A stretch of 64,000 nucleotides of DNA, from positions 222,294 to 286,293 of the forward strand of contig CBFFRP010000134.1 of the NCBI GenBank assembly GCA_965644295.1. The letters are read 5' to 3'. This document shows positions 52,433 through 64,000 of the stretch, one piece after another. The notes beneath the pieces are model-generated. The model was not told where the DNA came from and did no database searches. It worked only from the letters and a program-made list of their open reading frames with translations. Position numbers and translations under genes: made by a program. Position 1 is the stretch's first letter; every line of letters starts with the position of its first letter. This DNA is from Paraphysomonas bandaiensis (Eukaryota > Protista > Chrysophyceae).

Positions 52433-53926
52433 AACAGAAATCAGTGTTACCGATTTATTCTAATCGAAGCTGTACAAGTTGCGAATTCCGGCTACATTTG
52501 ACTATTTTACCTTTTTCAAATTTCTATAGTGCTATTATTTATCCTATCGTTGGGCTGTCGTAGTCACCAACATTCTTATGGGAAGTCGTAATGTCGTCTA
52601 TTTGTTAGATAGGCCCCTTATTGAGAATGATGTTACTTAGATTCACTTTGGTGTGAGGAAGTTGCTGTTCTTCTAGCAGTATCGTATAATAAAAGACTTG
52701 GTTTACGCGAAATAATCACTTTAGTGTACCAGCAATAGGTAAACCCTGTTCATATGAGCTCATCTTAACCATTACACTGTTAGACTAGATATATAATTGT
52801 TCCGTAAACTCGTTCAGTTGAACCGAATTAGTAAAGTTGTATTCAATGTCTCTCCTAAGTAATTAACTAGCTACAAATAATAAAAATATCCATAGCAATA
52901 CATATCTAATATATAAATGCTGTGTTGACTGCAGTATAAGATGACATATTGTGAAATTGAAACGACGTTGTAGTAGTAAACGGTAAATCTAGTTACAAGA
53001 AAGTAAATTTCGTTACTGATGGATATGGGATATGGGATTGATCATTGGTGAGCATACAACAACACGTAAACTTTAACTCACAATAAAAGTCAATACGCTG
53101 TACTAGCTGAGTATACACGTATACACACAGTATTCATGAAGATGAGTGTGTGTGTATGGGACACTGAGTAATTGTAATATATAATATATAATACTCACAG
53201 TACCAATCTCGTACATAGAATATCTAAGACGATATAGTCACTTTAAATTTTCATATATATGCGACGTCAGAACACAAAATTAATGTATCAACATATTTGT
53301 CATATTTGGACGAAAGTGAAACTTAAGTAACTGAACATAAACTCACAGAGAGTAATCACTTAGTAAAATTATAGTCAACAAAAAATCTTAACATTCATTA
53401 TAATTCTATGTTCTCTATTACCACTGAATGATATCAGAGCATAGATAGACGTGATCTTATACAGTAAAAATATTTCAGTTTAACTACTATAACTCCTATC
53501 ATGCCACTTCATGTAAAACGGTATTGTTTAAGAAATGGTCATAATTCAAATACAGCTTCTTCATTGCTTACAAATAGCAAAACTCAGTATCAAATGCATG
53601 CACCAGTAATCACATATTTCTCTCCAATGATAGCAGCGACTGATTTCGTACAACAGTTATTCACCAGAATAGTATGATGTTAGATGTTAGTGCTTTGATT
53701 ACTATGAAGCAAAGCAAGTCAGGGCTAACTTTAACCTTATATTTCCAACAAGCCAGTTGTGTGTAAACTAGAAATGAAAGCATAGCACAAAATATTGGAA
53801 AGTTGGTAGGTTCTTGAAGTATATTATGATTGTATTATACATAATGGGTCTGTTTAACCAACTACTCCACACACATTATTAACTATACTATATACCGCCC
53901 TAGATTGACATATATGCTATACACAT

Positions 53927-56129
53927 TTAGTTTCCGGAACGCATTGCGTTGCTAATATGCTCTTCTATGGAGCCTTGCATTTCTGAGAGAATCTTCTTAA
54001 TCCACGGCTGAATGTCAGTCTCTCCATCAGGTGCCACATTGTCCCCTCTTTGCTCGTACAGGAAAGTGTACTTGCTTAATATGTTGTTCTCAAGGAAGTC
54101 TGTCAGTTCATCTCTGGGGACCCTATACCACTGATAAATATAGATAGACGTATTCGGTATATATATAGATGCAAAACAGTAGCATCTCTACAGTCTGCAC
54201 TACAGCATACAATTTCTATCAACATTACACGACACAAGTGTTTTCTAGAACACTCTTTCACTCTATAGTCATCTACGTCCGAGCATAACACACTCGTCAC
54301 TTACTTGGTCCTAAATTTCATCTTCTTATCCGCTACGTGGACGTTAACTGTCGGGGCCACCACGCAGAGTCTCACGCTACTGGAGATAGCCTTTTGAACA
54401 GCAAGGGCAGATTGTTTACTCTCTTCTGTCATACGCTTTACTAGGTCGTTCAATCGAGAAGTTGCTGATTGAGTTTCCTGTTGGCACGAATCTGCCCTTG
54501 ACTTCAGCTGGGCAATTTCAATGTCTTTGTCTCTAATAGTATCCTTCAGTTGCGATATATCTTTTGAATTATTCTACGCCATGTAAATCAGTTACGCAAG
54601 GACATCAGGAGAACAAAGTACTTATCCACTGCTGCATATCAATCACATGAACTAATTGGACTACATTCCTATCTAGTGTACGTACACTACGTCATACCTC
54701 AATAACTTGTCTGAAATTTTCCAATTCACTCTTCAAACTCTGTATATCACTATTCGCAATATCTAGGAGGTCTTTATAGACTTCCCTTTCTTTCTTGGTT
54801 TCTGCTAATTGGGTACCATGAGCCTTCGCTTCGGACTCCAGAGTGTTGACAGTCTCTAGATATTCGTCTTGTTTGCGAGTCAGAACCCTTATTGATAGAT
54901 CTGACTCACTGAGAAGCGCCTGGAGACGCGCTATCTCATCTCTGCACGTTTCCAGTGCCAACTCCATGTCTTTGGAGTTCGACAGGCTGCTATGCATACA
55001 GTTAAGTACTTCCAAACAGTGATATAGCGAGGATGATACCTGTTGACGGTACTGTCAGCTTGTTGCTGCATAAGTTGCAATTGCCGAGCTGCTTCTTCGA
55101 GCTGTCTCTCCAGATTACCAGCATACTCAACCTTCAATCCAAGTTGTGCCTTAACACTAGCGTATCTCTTTTCAGCGTCATCAACGGCATTCGAATCGAT
55201 CTTAAGCTTCTCAATGGACTGCTCCAACGAAGATATCGATTCATTTCTGGCCAGTAGCTCCTTGTTTAACGCATCTAACTGATCCATTCTTTCCCGTCTT
55301 TCGCTTCCTAACAACTGGTTCAACAGGGTATTCGTCCGCTCTAGCTCTGATAACTTCTTCAGGTAATTTTCATTAATTTGTCTGAGCTCATTTAAAGTTT
55401 CTGTTGGCTCCATCGATTGGCCAGATAGGTTTAGCGAGTCAGTTCGTTCAATTTTACTTTTGCTAGTAAAAATTTTATCTTCCAATTTACTAATCTGTGA
55501 ATATATATATGACTTCAAGTATTGTAGGTACAGTAGTATTGTTCATGACACACAAGAAAGATATAAAACAGCGTCGTTGTATAGTATACTATTATAATAG
55601 GGGTCAAAGCTACGATACTATTTCCATCATATGGTACCTGAAACTTGAGAGAACGTATAGTTTCTTTTGACTTGCGCAACATATTATCCTTGATATCACA
55701 CTGATCGCATCTTGCAGGATCCCTTCCCGACGATCTGAACTGTGCCCCTGTACATCACACCATCAGGCGCAATCGGATGAAACAACGCAACAAGTTAATT
55801 AATATACCTGATACTAATTTCTGTTGCCCCCGATATTTATCCACCAAGGCTGATTGGAGATGATTTATTTCATCCATCAGCACCTCCGTGTGACTATCTG
55901 TCTGTCTGGGTAGCGTTTGGGATCCGAATTTGCGGCGTCCAGTAGATACCCCACCAGTGGCATGTGATGCTTGTTCCAAAGCTGACTGAGATGCAGACAT
56001 TAACATTTGAGCACCCGTCCGTTCCATCTTGGAAGCAGCAGTATTGGGACGTCGAGATTGCTCCGCATTAGCTTGTTGACTACTCAGTAATGCATCTAAA
56101 GTAGTTAATTTACTACTCTCATATGGCAT
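53927..56129 (-). CDS. Long coiled-coil protein with globular C-terminal domain; multi-exon
   Basis: E/K/L/Q-rich heptad exons (54692-55518); C-terminus VRLCVVAPTVNVHV...TDFLENNILSKYTFLY...PWIKKILSEMQ. Confidence 0.75.
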
Positions 56130-56616
56130 GTTTAGTTACTATATATATATATTGAATACGATCAACAGTATAACGATAATGTGATTAGTATAAGTCGACT
56201 TTACTATAACATTATGAGACTGTCATATCGTATATATATGTATATATAGTAGAGTGGTGGATATAGTGACACTATACTTGAACTGTTAGAGCATTAGATG
56301 GCTAGTTGAATAGAGATAAGTGAGTATATTGTTATGAAGGCATGGAATGTATGGATAAGATGATATCTGTGATGTTTAGTTGAGTATATCTGTTTGGTGT
56401 TCTATGGGGATTCACTCATCTAGGTATATATATATGAGCTGATGTGTATGTACTCTGCAGGCAGTGTACAGCAGAGTGTATATGGGCATGTATTTACATG
56501 AAGTCAACTGTAAGAAAGAGCAGTCGGTATACAGCTGTAGTACGTAAAACTGATATGGTGTGTATAGGTACTGTATGTACTTGGAACTGTATACCATATA
56601 TGCTGTAGTTGCTGTA

Positions 56617-57060
56617 TACATGCATACATACATACATACATACATACATACATACATACATACATACATACATACATACATACATACATACATACATACA
56701 TACATACATACATACATACATACATACATACATACATACATACATACATACATACATACATACATACATACATACATACATACATACATACATACATACA
56801 TACATACATACATACATACATACATACATACATACATACATACATACATACATACATACATACATACATACATACATACATACATACATACATACATACA
56901 TACATACATACATACATACATACATACATACATACATACATACATACATACATACATACATACATACATACATACATACATACATACATACATACATACA
57001 TACATACATACATACATACATACATACATACATACATACATACATACATACATACATACA
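56617..57060. repeat. (TACA)n microsatellite, about 110 units
   Basis: Read directly from the sequence. Confidence 0.99.
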
Positions 57061-57233
57061 CTGTATCCTATGCTATATACCAAACACCAACACATACCAA
57101 CAACACACATGCATGCATACAGCAGTACATACATACATACAGTATCACACCATCACAATAACACATACACCGAACACACTCTCTCCCTCCACATAACTAT
57201 CATTATACACCCCTTATAACACATTCTTTCACC

Positions 57234-57816
57234 ATGTCAGCTGATGAAGTTGCTTCTGCATTTATCCAGCACTACTACTCCACGCTGGACTCTAATCCCG
57301 GAGCCTTGTCTGGCTTATACGTAAGTCACCCTCCATATTCTAGAAATAATATGAACACTCATATATATATACACAGCAACCACAATCAACTCTTTCTTTT
57401 GAAGGAAATAAATTCGTGGGACCTCAGAGCATATGCGAGAAGCTAGTGGTAATTATGTTATATCTGTCTTATGAGTATGATGTTAACTATGAGGGTTTTG
57501 ATACAGTCTCTCGGCAAGCTTGAACACAACTCATCAGCATTTAGTGTTGACGTACAGGTATATTGTATATATATTTTATTATTATTTTGTATGACGATTT
57601 TATGTGTAGCTTGGAGCGGACAGTAATGCCTTGCTTATTTTTGTCGTCGGCAGACTAACTATTAATGGCGAGAACCCATTACATTTCACGCAAATGTTCC
57701 AGCTGGTATAGACAATTGTATGGATTTATTAGTGTTTCATTTCGATGTTACAGGTGGCTACTGGTCCTGGACAATACTACGTGCACAATGAAATATTCCG
57801 ACTGGTCTACGGATAG
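57234..57816 (+). CDS. NTF2: Nuclear transport factor 2, copy 1 (5 exons, 122 aa)
   Basis: Phase-0 introns 57321-57376, 57449-57506, 57558-57609 and 57706-57753 give MSADEVASAFIQHYYSTLD...LYQPQSTLSFEG...FVVGRL...FTQMFQL...YYVHNEIFRLVYG. Confidence 0.93.
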
Positions 57817-58200
57817 ATGGCTACAGTTGTGGTCATCTGAGTAGCGTAGTGTAGCTGCAGTCTTGGATTGTGCTATCAAATAAAAGTTAATAATAAAAAA
57901 ATTTCGAATTTTGATATCATTGTTATGTCTTTCCGATGATGGATTGACCTTATGGACTACATGGGCACTTACGTTGCGAAGAGACACTCTTGAAAACTTC
58001 GAACTTCGAAGTGAAGCTACATCATTCTTCTCGAACTTTCATTGTGAAAGCCTTTCGTATAACTAAGACCTTATTCCAGTGACACATTAGTGACAACTGT
58101 GGAGTTTTGCTTATTTCTTGTAATCAATTAAATGTTGAAAGCTACTTATTTCTTTTATCTTGATTTAAATCCAATACTTGATTTACTACTTACGAGCATG

Positions 58201-58469
58201 TCAACAAAGTCGGACTTGCACCTTTTCGTGGCGTTCTGGGGGATAAGTACCGGAGATAGTTCTTCGGAAAACTAACGTGAGTAGCATATATATAGTCAGC
58301 AAATAATTTCTTCCCATTCATAGCCTAATTCTTGTGTAGACGACTTTGGGCCTTGACGAATAAAATGTCATCCTATGTCCGACTTCAAGGCATCCGGGAG
58401 GTTGGGCAGCCTTCTAAAGTCAAGCATCTTGGCTGTTCACCTTAAGGAGTCAAAATCCTGAAGTCAGCA
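58201..58469 (+). repeat. Dispersed repeat family A fragment forming the end of each NTF2 unit (recurs every 1291 bp)
   Basis: tcaacaaagtcgga...cctgaagtcagca matches the 17575, 20799 and 37690 copies. Confidence 0.85.
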
Positions 58470-58524
58470 CTCTCTCCCTCCACATAACTATCATTATACA
58501 CCCCTTATAACACATTCTTTCACC

Positions 58525-59107
58525 ATGTCAGCTGATGAAGTTGCTTCTGCATTTATCCAGCACTACTACTCCACGCTGGACTCTAATCCCGGAGCCTTGT
58601 CTGGCTTATACGTAAGTCACCCTCCATATTCTAGAAATAATATGAACACCCATATATATATACACAGCAACCACAATCAACTCTTTCTTTTGAAGGAAAT
58701 AAATTCGTGGGACCTCAGAGCATATGCGAGAAGCTAGTGGTAATTATGTTATATCTGTCTCATGAGTATTATGTTAACTATGAGGGTTTTGATACAGTCT
58801 CTCGGCAAGCTTGAACACAACTCATCAGCATTTAGTGTTGACGTACAGGTATATTGTATATATATTTTATTATTATTTTGTATGACGATTTTATGTGTAG
58901 CTTGGAGCGGACAGTAATGCCTTGCTTATTTTTGTCGTCGGCAGACTAACTATTAATGGCGAGAACCCATTACATTTCACGCAAATGTTCCAGCTGGTAT
59001 AGACAATTGTATGGATTTATTAGTGTTTCATTTCGATGTTACAGGTGGCTACTGGTCCTGGACAATACTACGTGCACAATGAAATATTCCGACTGGTCTA
59101 CGGATAG
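58525..59107 (+). CDS. NTF2: Nuclear transport factor 2, copy 2
   Basis: Exons identical to copy 1. Confidence 0.9.
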
Positions 59108-59815
59108 ATGGCTACAGTTGTGGTCATCTGAGTAGCGTAGTGTAGCTGCAGTCTTGGATTGTGCTATCAAATAAAAGTTAATAATAAAAAAATTTCGAAT
59201 TTTGATATCATTGTTATGTCTTTCCGATGATGGATTGACCTTATGGACTACATGGGCACTTACGTTGCGAAGAGACACTCTTGAAAACTTCGAACTTCGA
59301 AGTGAAGCTACATCATTCTTCTCGAACTTTCATTGTGAAAGCCTTTCGTATAACTAAGACCTTATTCCAGTGACACATTAGTGACAACTGTGGAGTTTTG
59401 CTTATTTCTTGTAATCAATTAAATGTTGAAAGCTACTTATTTCTTTTATCTTGATTTAAATCCAATACTTGATTTACTACTTACGAGCATGTCAACAAAG
59501 TCGGACTTGCACCTTTTCGTGGCGTTCTGGGGGATAAGTACCGGAGATAGTTCTTCGGAAAACTAACGTGAGTAGCATATATATAGTCAGCAAATAATTT
59601 CTTCCCATTCATAGCCTAATTCTTGTGTAGACGACTTTGGGCCTTGACGAATAAAATGTCATCCTATGTCCGACTTCAAGGCATCCGGGAGGTTGGGCAG
59701 CCTTCTAAAGTCAAGCATCTTGGCTGTTCACCTTAAGGAGTCAAAATCCTGAAGTCAGCACTCTCTCCCTCCACATAACTATCATTATACACCCCTTATA
59801 ACACATTCTTTCACC

Positions 59816-60398
59816 ATGTCAGCTGATGAAGTTGCTTCTGCATTTATCCAGCACTACTACTCCACGCTGGACTCTAATCCCGGAGCCTTGTCTGGCTTAT
59901 ACGTAAGTCACCCTCCATATTCTAGAAATAATATGAACACCCATATATATATACACAGCAACCACAATCAACTCTTTCTTTTGAAGGAAATAAATTCGTG
60001 GGACCTCAGAGCATATGCGAGAAGCTAGTGGTAATTATGTTATATCTGTCTCATGAGTATTATGTTAACTATGAGGGTTTTGATACAGTCTCTCGGCAAG
60101 CTTGAACACAACTCATCAGCATTTAGTGTTGACGTACAGGTATATTGTATATATATTTTATTATTATTTTGTATGACGATTTTATGTGTAGCTTGGAGCG
60201 GACAGTAATGCCTTGCTTATTTTTGTCGTCGGCAGACTAACTATTAATGGCGAGAACCCATTACATTTCACGCAAATGTTCCAGCTGGTATAGACAATTG
60301 TATGGATTTATTAGTGTTTCATTTCGATGTTACAGGTGGCTACTGGTCCTGGACAATACTACGTGCACAATGAAATATTCCGACTGGTCTACGGATAG
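59816..60398 (+). CDS. NTF2: Nuclear transport factor 2, copy 3
   Basis: Exons identical to copy 1. Confidence 0.9.
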
Positions 60399-61106
60399 AT
60401 GGCTACAGTTGTGGTCATCTGAGTAGCGTAGTGTAGCTGCAGTCTTGGATTGTGCTATCAAATAAAAGTTAATAATAAAAAAATTTCGAATTTTGATATC
60501 ATTGTTATGTCTTTCCGATGATGGATTGACCTTATGGACTACATGGGCACTTACGTTGCGAAGAGACACTCTTGAAAACTTCGAACTTCGAAGTGAAGCT
60601 ACATCATTCTTCTCGAACTTTCATTGTGAAAGCCTTTCGTATAACTAAGACCTTATTCCAGTGACACATTAGTGACAACTGTGGAGTTTTGCTTATTTCT
60701 TGTAATCAATTAAATGTTGAAAGCTACTTATTTCTTTTATCTTGATTTAAATCCAATACTTGATTTACTACTTACGAGCATGTCAACAAAGTCGGACTTG
60801 CACCTTTTCGTGGCGTTCTGGGGGATAAGTACCGGAGATAGTTCTTCGGAAAACTAACGTGAGTAGCATATATATAGTCAGCAAATAATTTCTTCCCATT
60901 CATAGCCTAATTCTTGTGTAGACGACTTTGGGCCTTGACGAATAAAATGTCATCCTATGTCCGACTTCAAGGCATCCGGGAGGTTGGGCAGCCTTCTAAA
61001 GTCAAGCATCTTGGCTGTTCACCTTAAGGAGTCAAAATCCTGAAGTCAGCACTCTCTCCCTCCACATAACTATCATTATACACCCCTTATAACACATTCT
61101 TTCACC

Positions 61107-61689
61107 ATGTCAGCTGATGAAGTTGCTTCTGCATTTATCCAGCACTACTACTCCACGCTGGACTCTAATCCCGGAGCCTTGTCTGGCTTATACGTAAGTC
61201 ACCCTCCATATTCTAGAAATAATATGAACACCCATATATATATACACAGCAACCACAATCAACTCTTTCTTTTGAAGGAAATAAATTCGTGGGACCTCAG
61301 AGCATATGCGAGAAGCTAGTGGTAATTATGTTATATCTGTCTCATGAGTATTATGTTAACTATGAGGGTTTTGATACAGTCTCTCGGCAAGCTTGAACAC
61401 AACTCATCAGCATTTAGTGTTGACGTACAGGTATATTGTATATATATTTTATTATTATTTTGTATGACGATTTTATGTGTAGCTTGGAGCGGACAGTAAT
61501 GCCTTGCTTATTTTTGTCGTCGGCAGACTAACTATTAATGGCGAGAACCCATTACATTTCACGCAAATGTTCCAGCTGGTATAGACAATTGTATGGATTT
61601 ATTAGTGTTTCATTTCGATGTTACAGGTGGCTACTGGTCCTGGACAATACTACGTGCACAATGAAATATTCCGACTGGTCTACGGATAG
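61107..61689 (+). CDS. NTF2: Nuclear transport factor 2, copy 4
   Basis: Exons identical to copy 1. Confidence 0.9.
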
Positions 61690-62397
61690 ATGGCTACAGT
61701 TGTGGTCATCTGAGTAGCGTAGTGTAGCTGCAGTCTTGGATTGTGCTATCAAATAAAAGTTAATAATAAAAAAATTTCGAATTTTGATATCATTGTTATG
61801 TCTTTCCGATGATGGATTGACCTTATGGACTACATGGGCACTTACGTTGCGAAGAGACACTCTTGAAAACTTCGAACTTCGAAGTGAAGCTACATCATTC
61901 TTCTCGAACTTTCATTGTGAAAGCCTTTCGTATAACTAAGACCTTATTCCAGTGACACATTAGTGACAACTGTGGAGTTTTGCTTATTTCTTGTAATCAA
62001 TTAAATGTTGAAAGCTACTTATTTCTTTTATCTTGATTTAAATCCAATACTTGATTTACTACTTACGAGCATGTCAACAAAGTCGGACTTGCACCTTTTC
62101 GTGGCGTTCTGGGGGATAAGTACCGGAGATAGTTCTTCGGAAAACTAACGTGAGTAGCATATATATAGTCAGCAAATAATTTCTTCCCATTCATAGCCTA
62201 ATTCTTGTGTAGACGACTTTGGGCCTTGACGAATAAAATGTCATCCTATGTCCGACTTCAAGGCATCCGGGAGGTTGGGCAGCCTTCTAAAGTCAAGCAT
62301 CTTGGCTGTTCACCTTAAGGAGTCAAAATCCTGAAGTCAGCACTCTCTCCCTCCACATAACTATCATTATACACCCCTTATAACACATTCTTTCACC

Positions 62398-62980
62398 ATG
62401 TCAGCTGATGAAGTTGCTTCTGCATTTATCCAGCACTACTACTCCACGCTGGACTCTAATCCCGGAGCCTTGTCTGGCTTATACGTAAGTCACCCTCCAT
62501 ATTCTAGAAATAATATGAACACCCATATATATATACACAGCAACCACAATCAACTCTTTCTTTTGAAGGAAATAAATTCGTGGGACCTCAGAGCATATGC
62601 GAGAAGCTAGTGGTAATTATGTTATATCTGTCTCATGAGTATTATGTTAACTATGAGGGTTTTGATACAGTCTCTCGGCAAGCTTGAACACAACTCATCA
62701 GCATTTAGTGTTGACGTACAGGTATATTGTATATATATTTTATTATTATTTTGTATGACGATTTTATGTGTAGCTTGGAGCGGACAGTAATGCCTTGCTT
62801 ATTTTTGTCGTCGGCAGACTAACTATTAATGGCGAGAACCCATTACATTTCACGCAAATGTTCCAGCTGGTATAGACAATTGTATGGATTTATTAGTGTT
62901 TCATTTCGATGTTACAGGTGGCTACTGGTCCTGGACAATACTACGTGCACAATGAAATATTCCGACTGGTCTACGGATAG
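62398..62980 (+). CDS. NTF2: Nuclear transport factor 2, copy 5
   Basis: Exons identical to copy 1. Confidence 0.9.
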
Positions 62981-63688
62981 ATGGCTACAGTTGTGGTCAT
63001 CTGAGTAGCGTAGTGTAGCTGCAGTCTTGGATTGTGCTATCAAATAAAAGTTAATAATAAAAAAATTTCGAATTTTGATATCATTGTTATGTCTTTCCGA
63101 TGATGGATTGACCTTATGGACTACATGGGCACTTACGTTGCGAAGAGACACTCTTGAAAACTTCGAACTTCGAAGTGAAGCTACATCATTCTTCTCGAAC
63201 TTTCATTGTGAAAGCCTTTCGTATAACTAAGACCTTATTCCAGTGACACATTAGTGACAACTGTGGAGTTTTGCTTATTTCTTGTAATCAATTAAATGTT
63301 GAAAGCTACTTATTTCTTTTATCTTGATTTAAATCCAATACTTGATTTACTACTTACGAGCATGTCAACAAAGTCGGACTTGCACCTTTTCGTGGCGTTC
63401 TGGGGGATAAGTACCGGAGATAGTTCTTCGGAAAACTAACGTGAGTAGCATATATATAGTCAGCAAATAATTTCTTCCCATTCATAGCCTAATTCTTGTG
63501 TAGACGACTTTGGGCCTTGACGAATAAAATGTCATCCTATGTCCGACTTCAAGGCATCCGGGAGGTTGGGCAGCCTTCTAAAGTCAAGCATCTTGGCTGT
63601 TCACCTTAAGGAGTCAAAATCCTGAAGTCAGCACTCTCTCCCTCCACATAACTATCATTATACACCCCTTATAACACATTCTTTCACC

Positions 63689-64000
63689 ATGTCAGCTGAT
63701 GAAGTTGCTTCTGCATTTATCCAGCACTACTACTCCACGCTGGACTCTAATCCCGGAGCCTTGTCTGGCTTATACGTAAGTCACCCTCCATATTCTAGAA
63801 ATAATATGAACACCCATATATATATACACAGCAACCACAATCAACTCTTTCTTTTGAAGGAAATAAATTCGTGGGACCTCAGAGCATATGCGAGAAGCTA
63901 GTGGTAATTATGTTATATCTGTCTCATGAGTATTATGTTAACTATGAGGGTTTTGATACAGTCTCTCGGCAAGCTTGAACACAACTCATCAGCATTTAGT
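63689..64000 (+). CDS. NTF2: Nuclear transport factor 2, copy 6 (cut by window end)
   Basis: Exons 1-2 and part of exon 3. Confidence 0.85.

Larger units (their letters stand above)
57177..64000 (+). repeat. Tandem array of 1291-bp units (at least 5.3 copies, open at window end)
   Basis: Start codons at 57234, 58525, 59816, 61107, 62398 and 63689, a constant 1291-bp period. Confidence 0.98.

Noticed and set aside
57748-57987. Repeated 79-aa minus-strand ORF in each array unit
   Set aside because: Non-ATG start, overlaps NTF2 exon 5 and 3' flank, no protein-like features; it recurs only because the DNA is repeated.
58201-58469. Calling repeat A a Helitron that captured NTF2
   Set aside because: No clear A|TC...CTRR|T ends or subterminal hairpin at the unit junction; left unclassified.

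Overview
Eukaryotic, AT-rich nuclear DNA with compact genes and short (mostly 45-70 nt) spliceosomal introns. The gene style suggests a stramenopile-like protist (inference). Spliced by hand, the window holds about 16 single-copy genes: an atypical two-DBD E2F, an Oxa1/Cox18 insertase, a DFR/CCR-like reductase, a WDR5-like protein, a PLOD-type glycosyltransferase, STIMATE/TMEM110, AIM24, a UBA-PX protein, dienelactone hydrolase, a large IQ/ARM protein, a PH protein and several hypotheticals. It also holds a P-loop NTPase pseudogene, an apparently intact MULE transposon (9-bp TSD), several hAT derivatives (three with 8-bp TSDs) and two unclassified dispersed repeat families. Three long (TACA)n tracts lie between divergent genes, and a TACWGCWGTA motif recurs in 5' flanks. 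From 57177 to the window end runs a head-to-tail array of at least 5.3 near-identical 1291-bp units, each complete unit carrying an intron-containing NTF2 gene joined to a dispersed-repeat fragment. All calls come from reading the sequence; no database searches were run.
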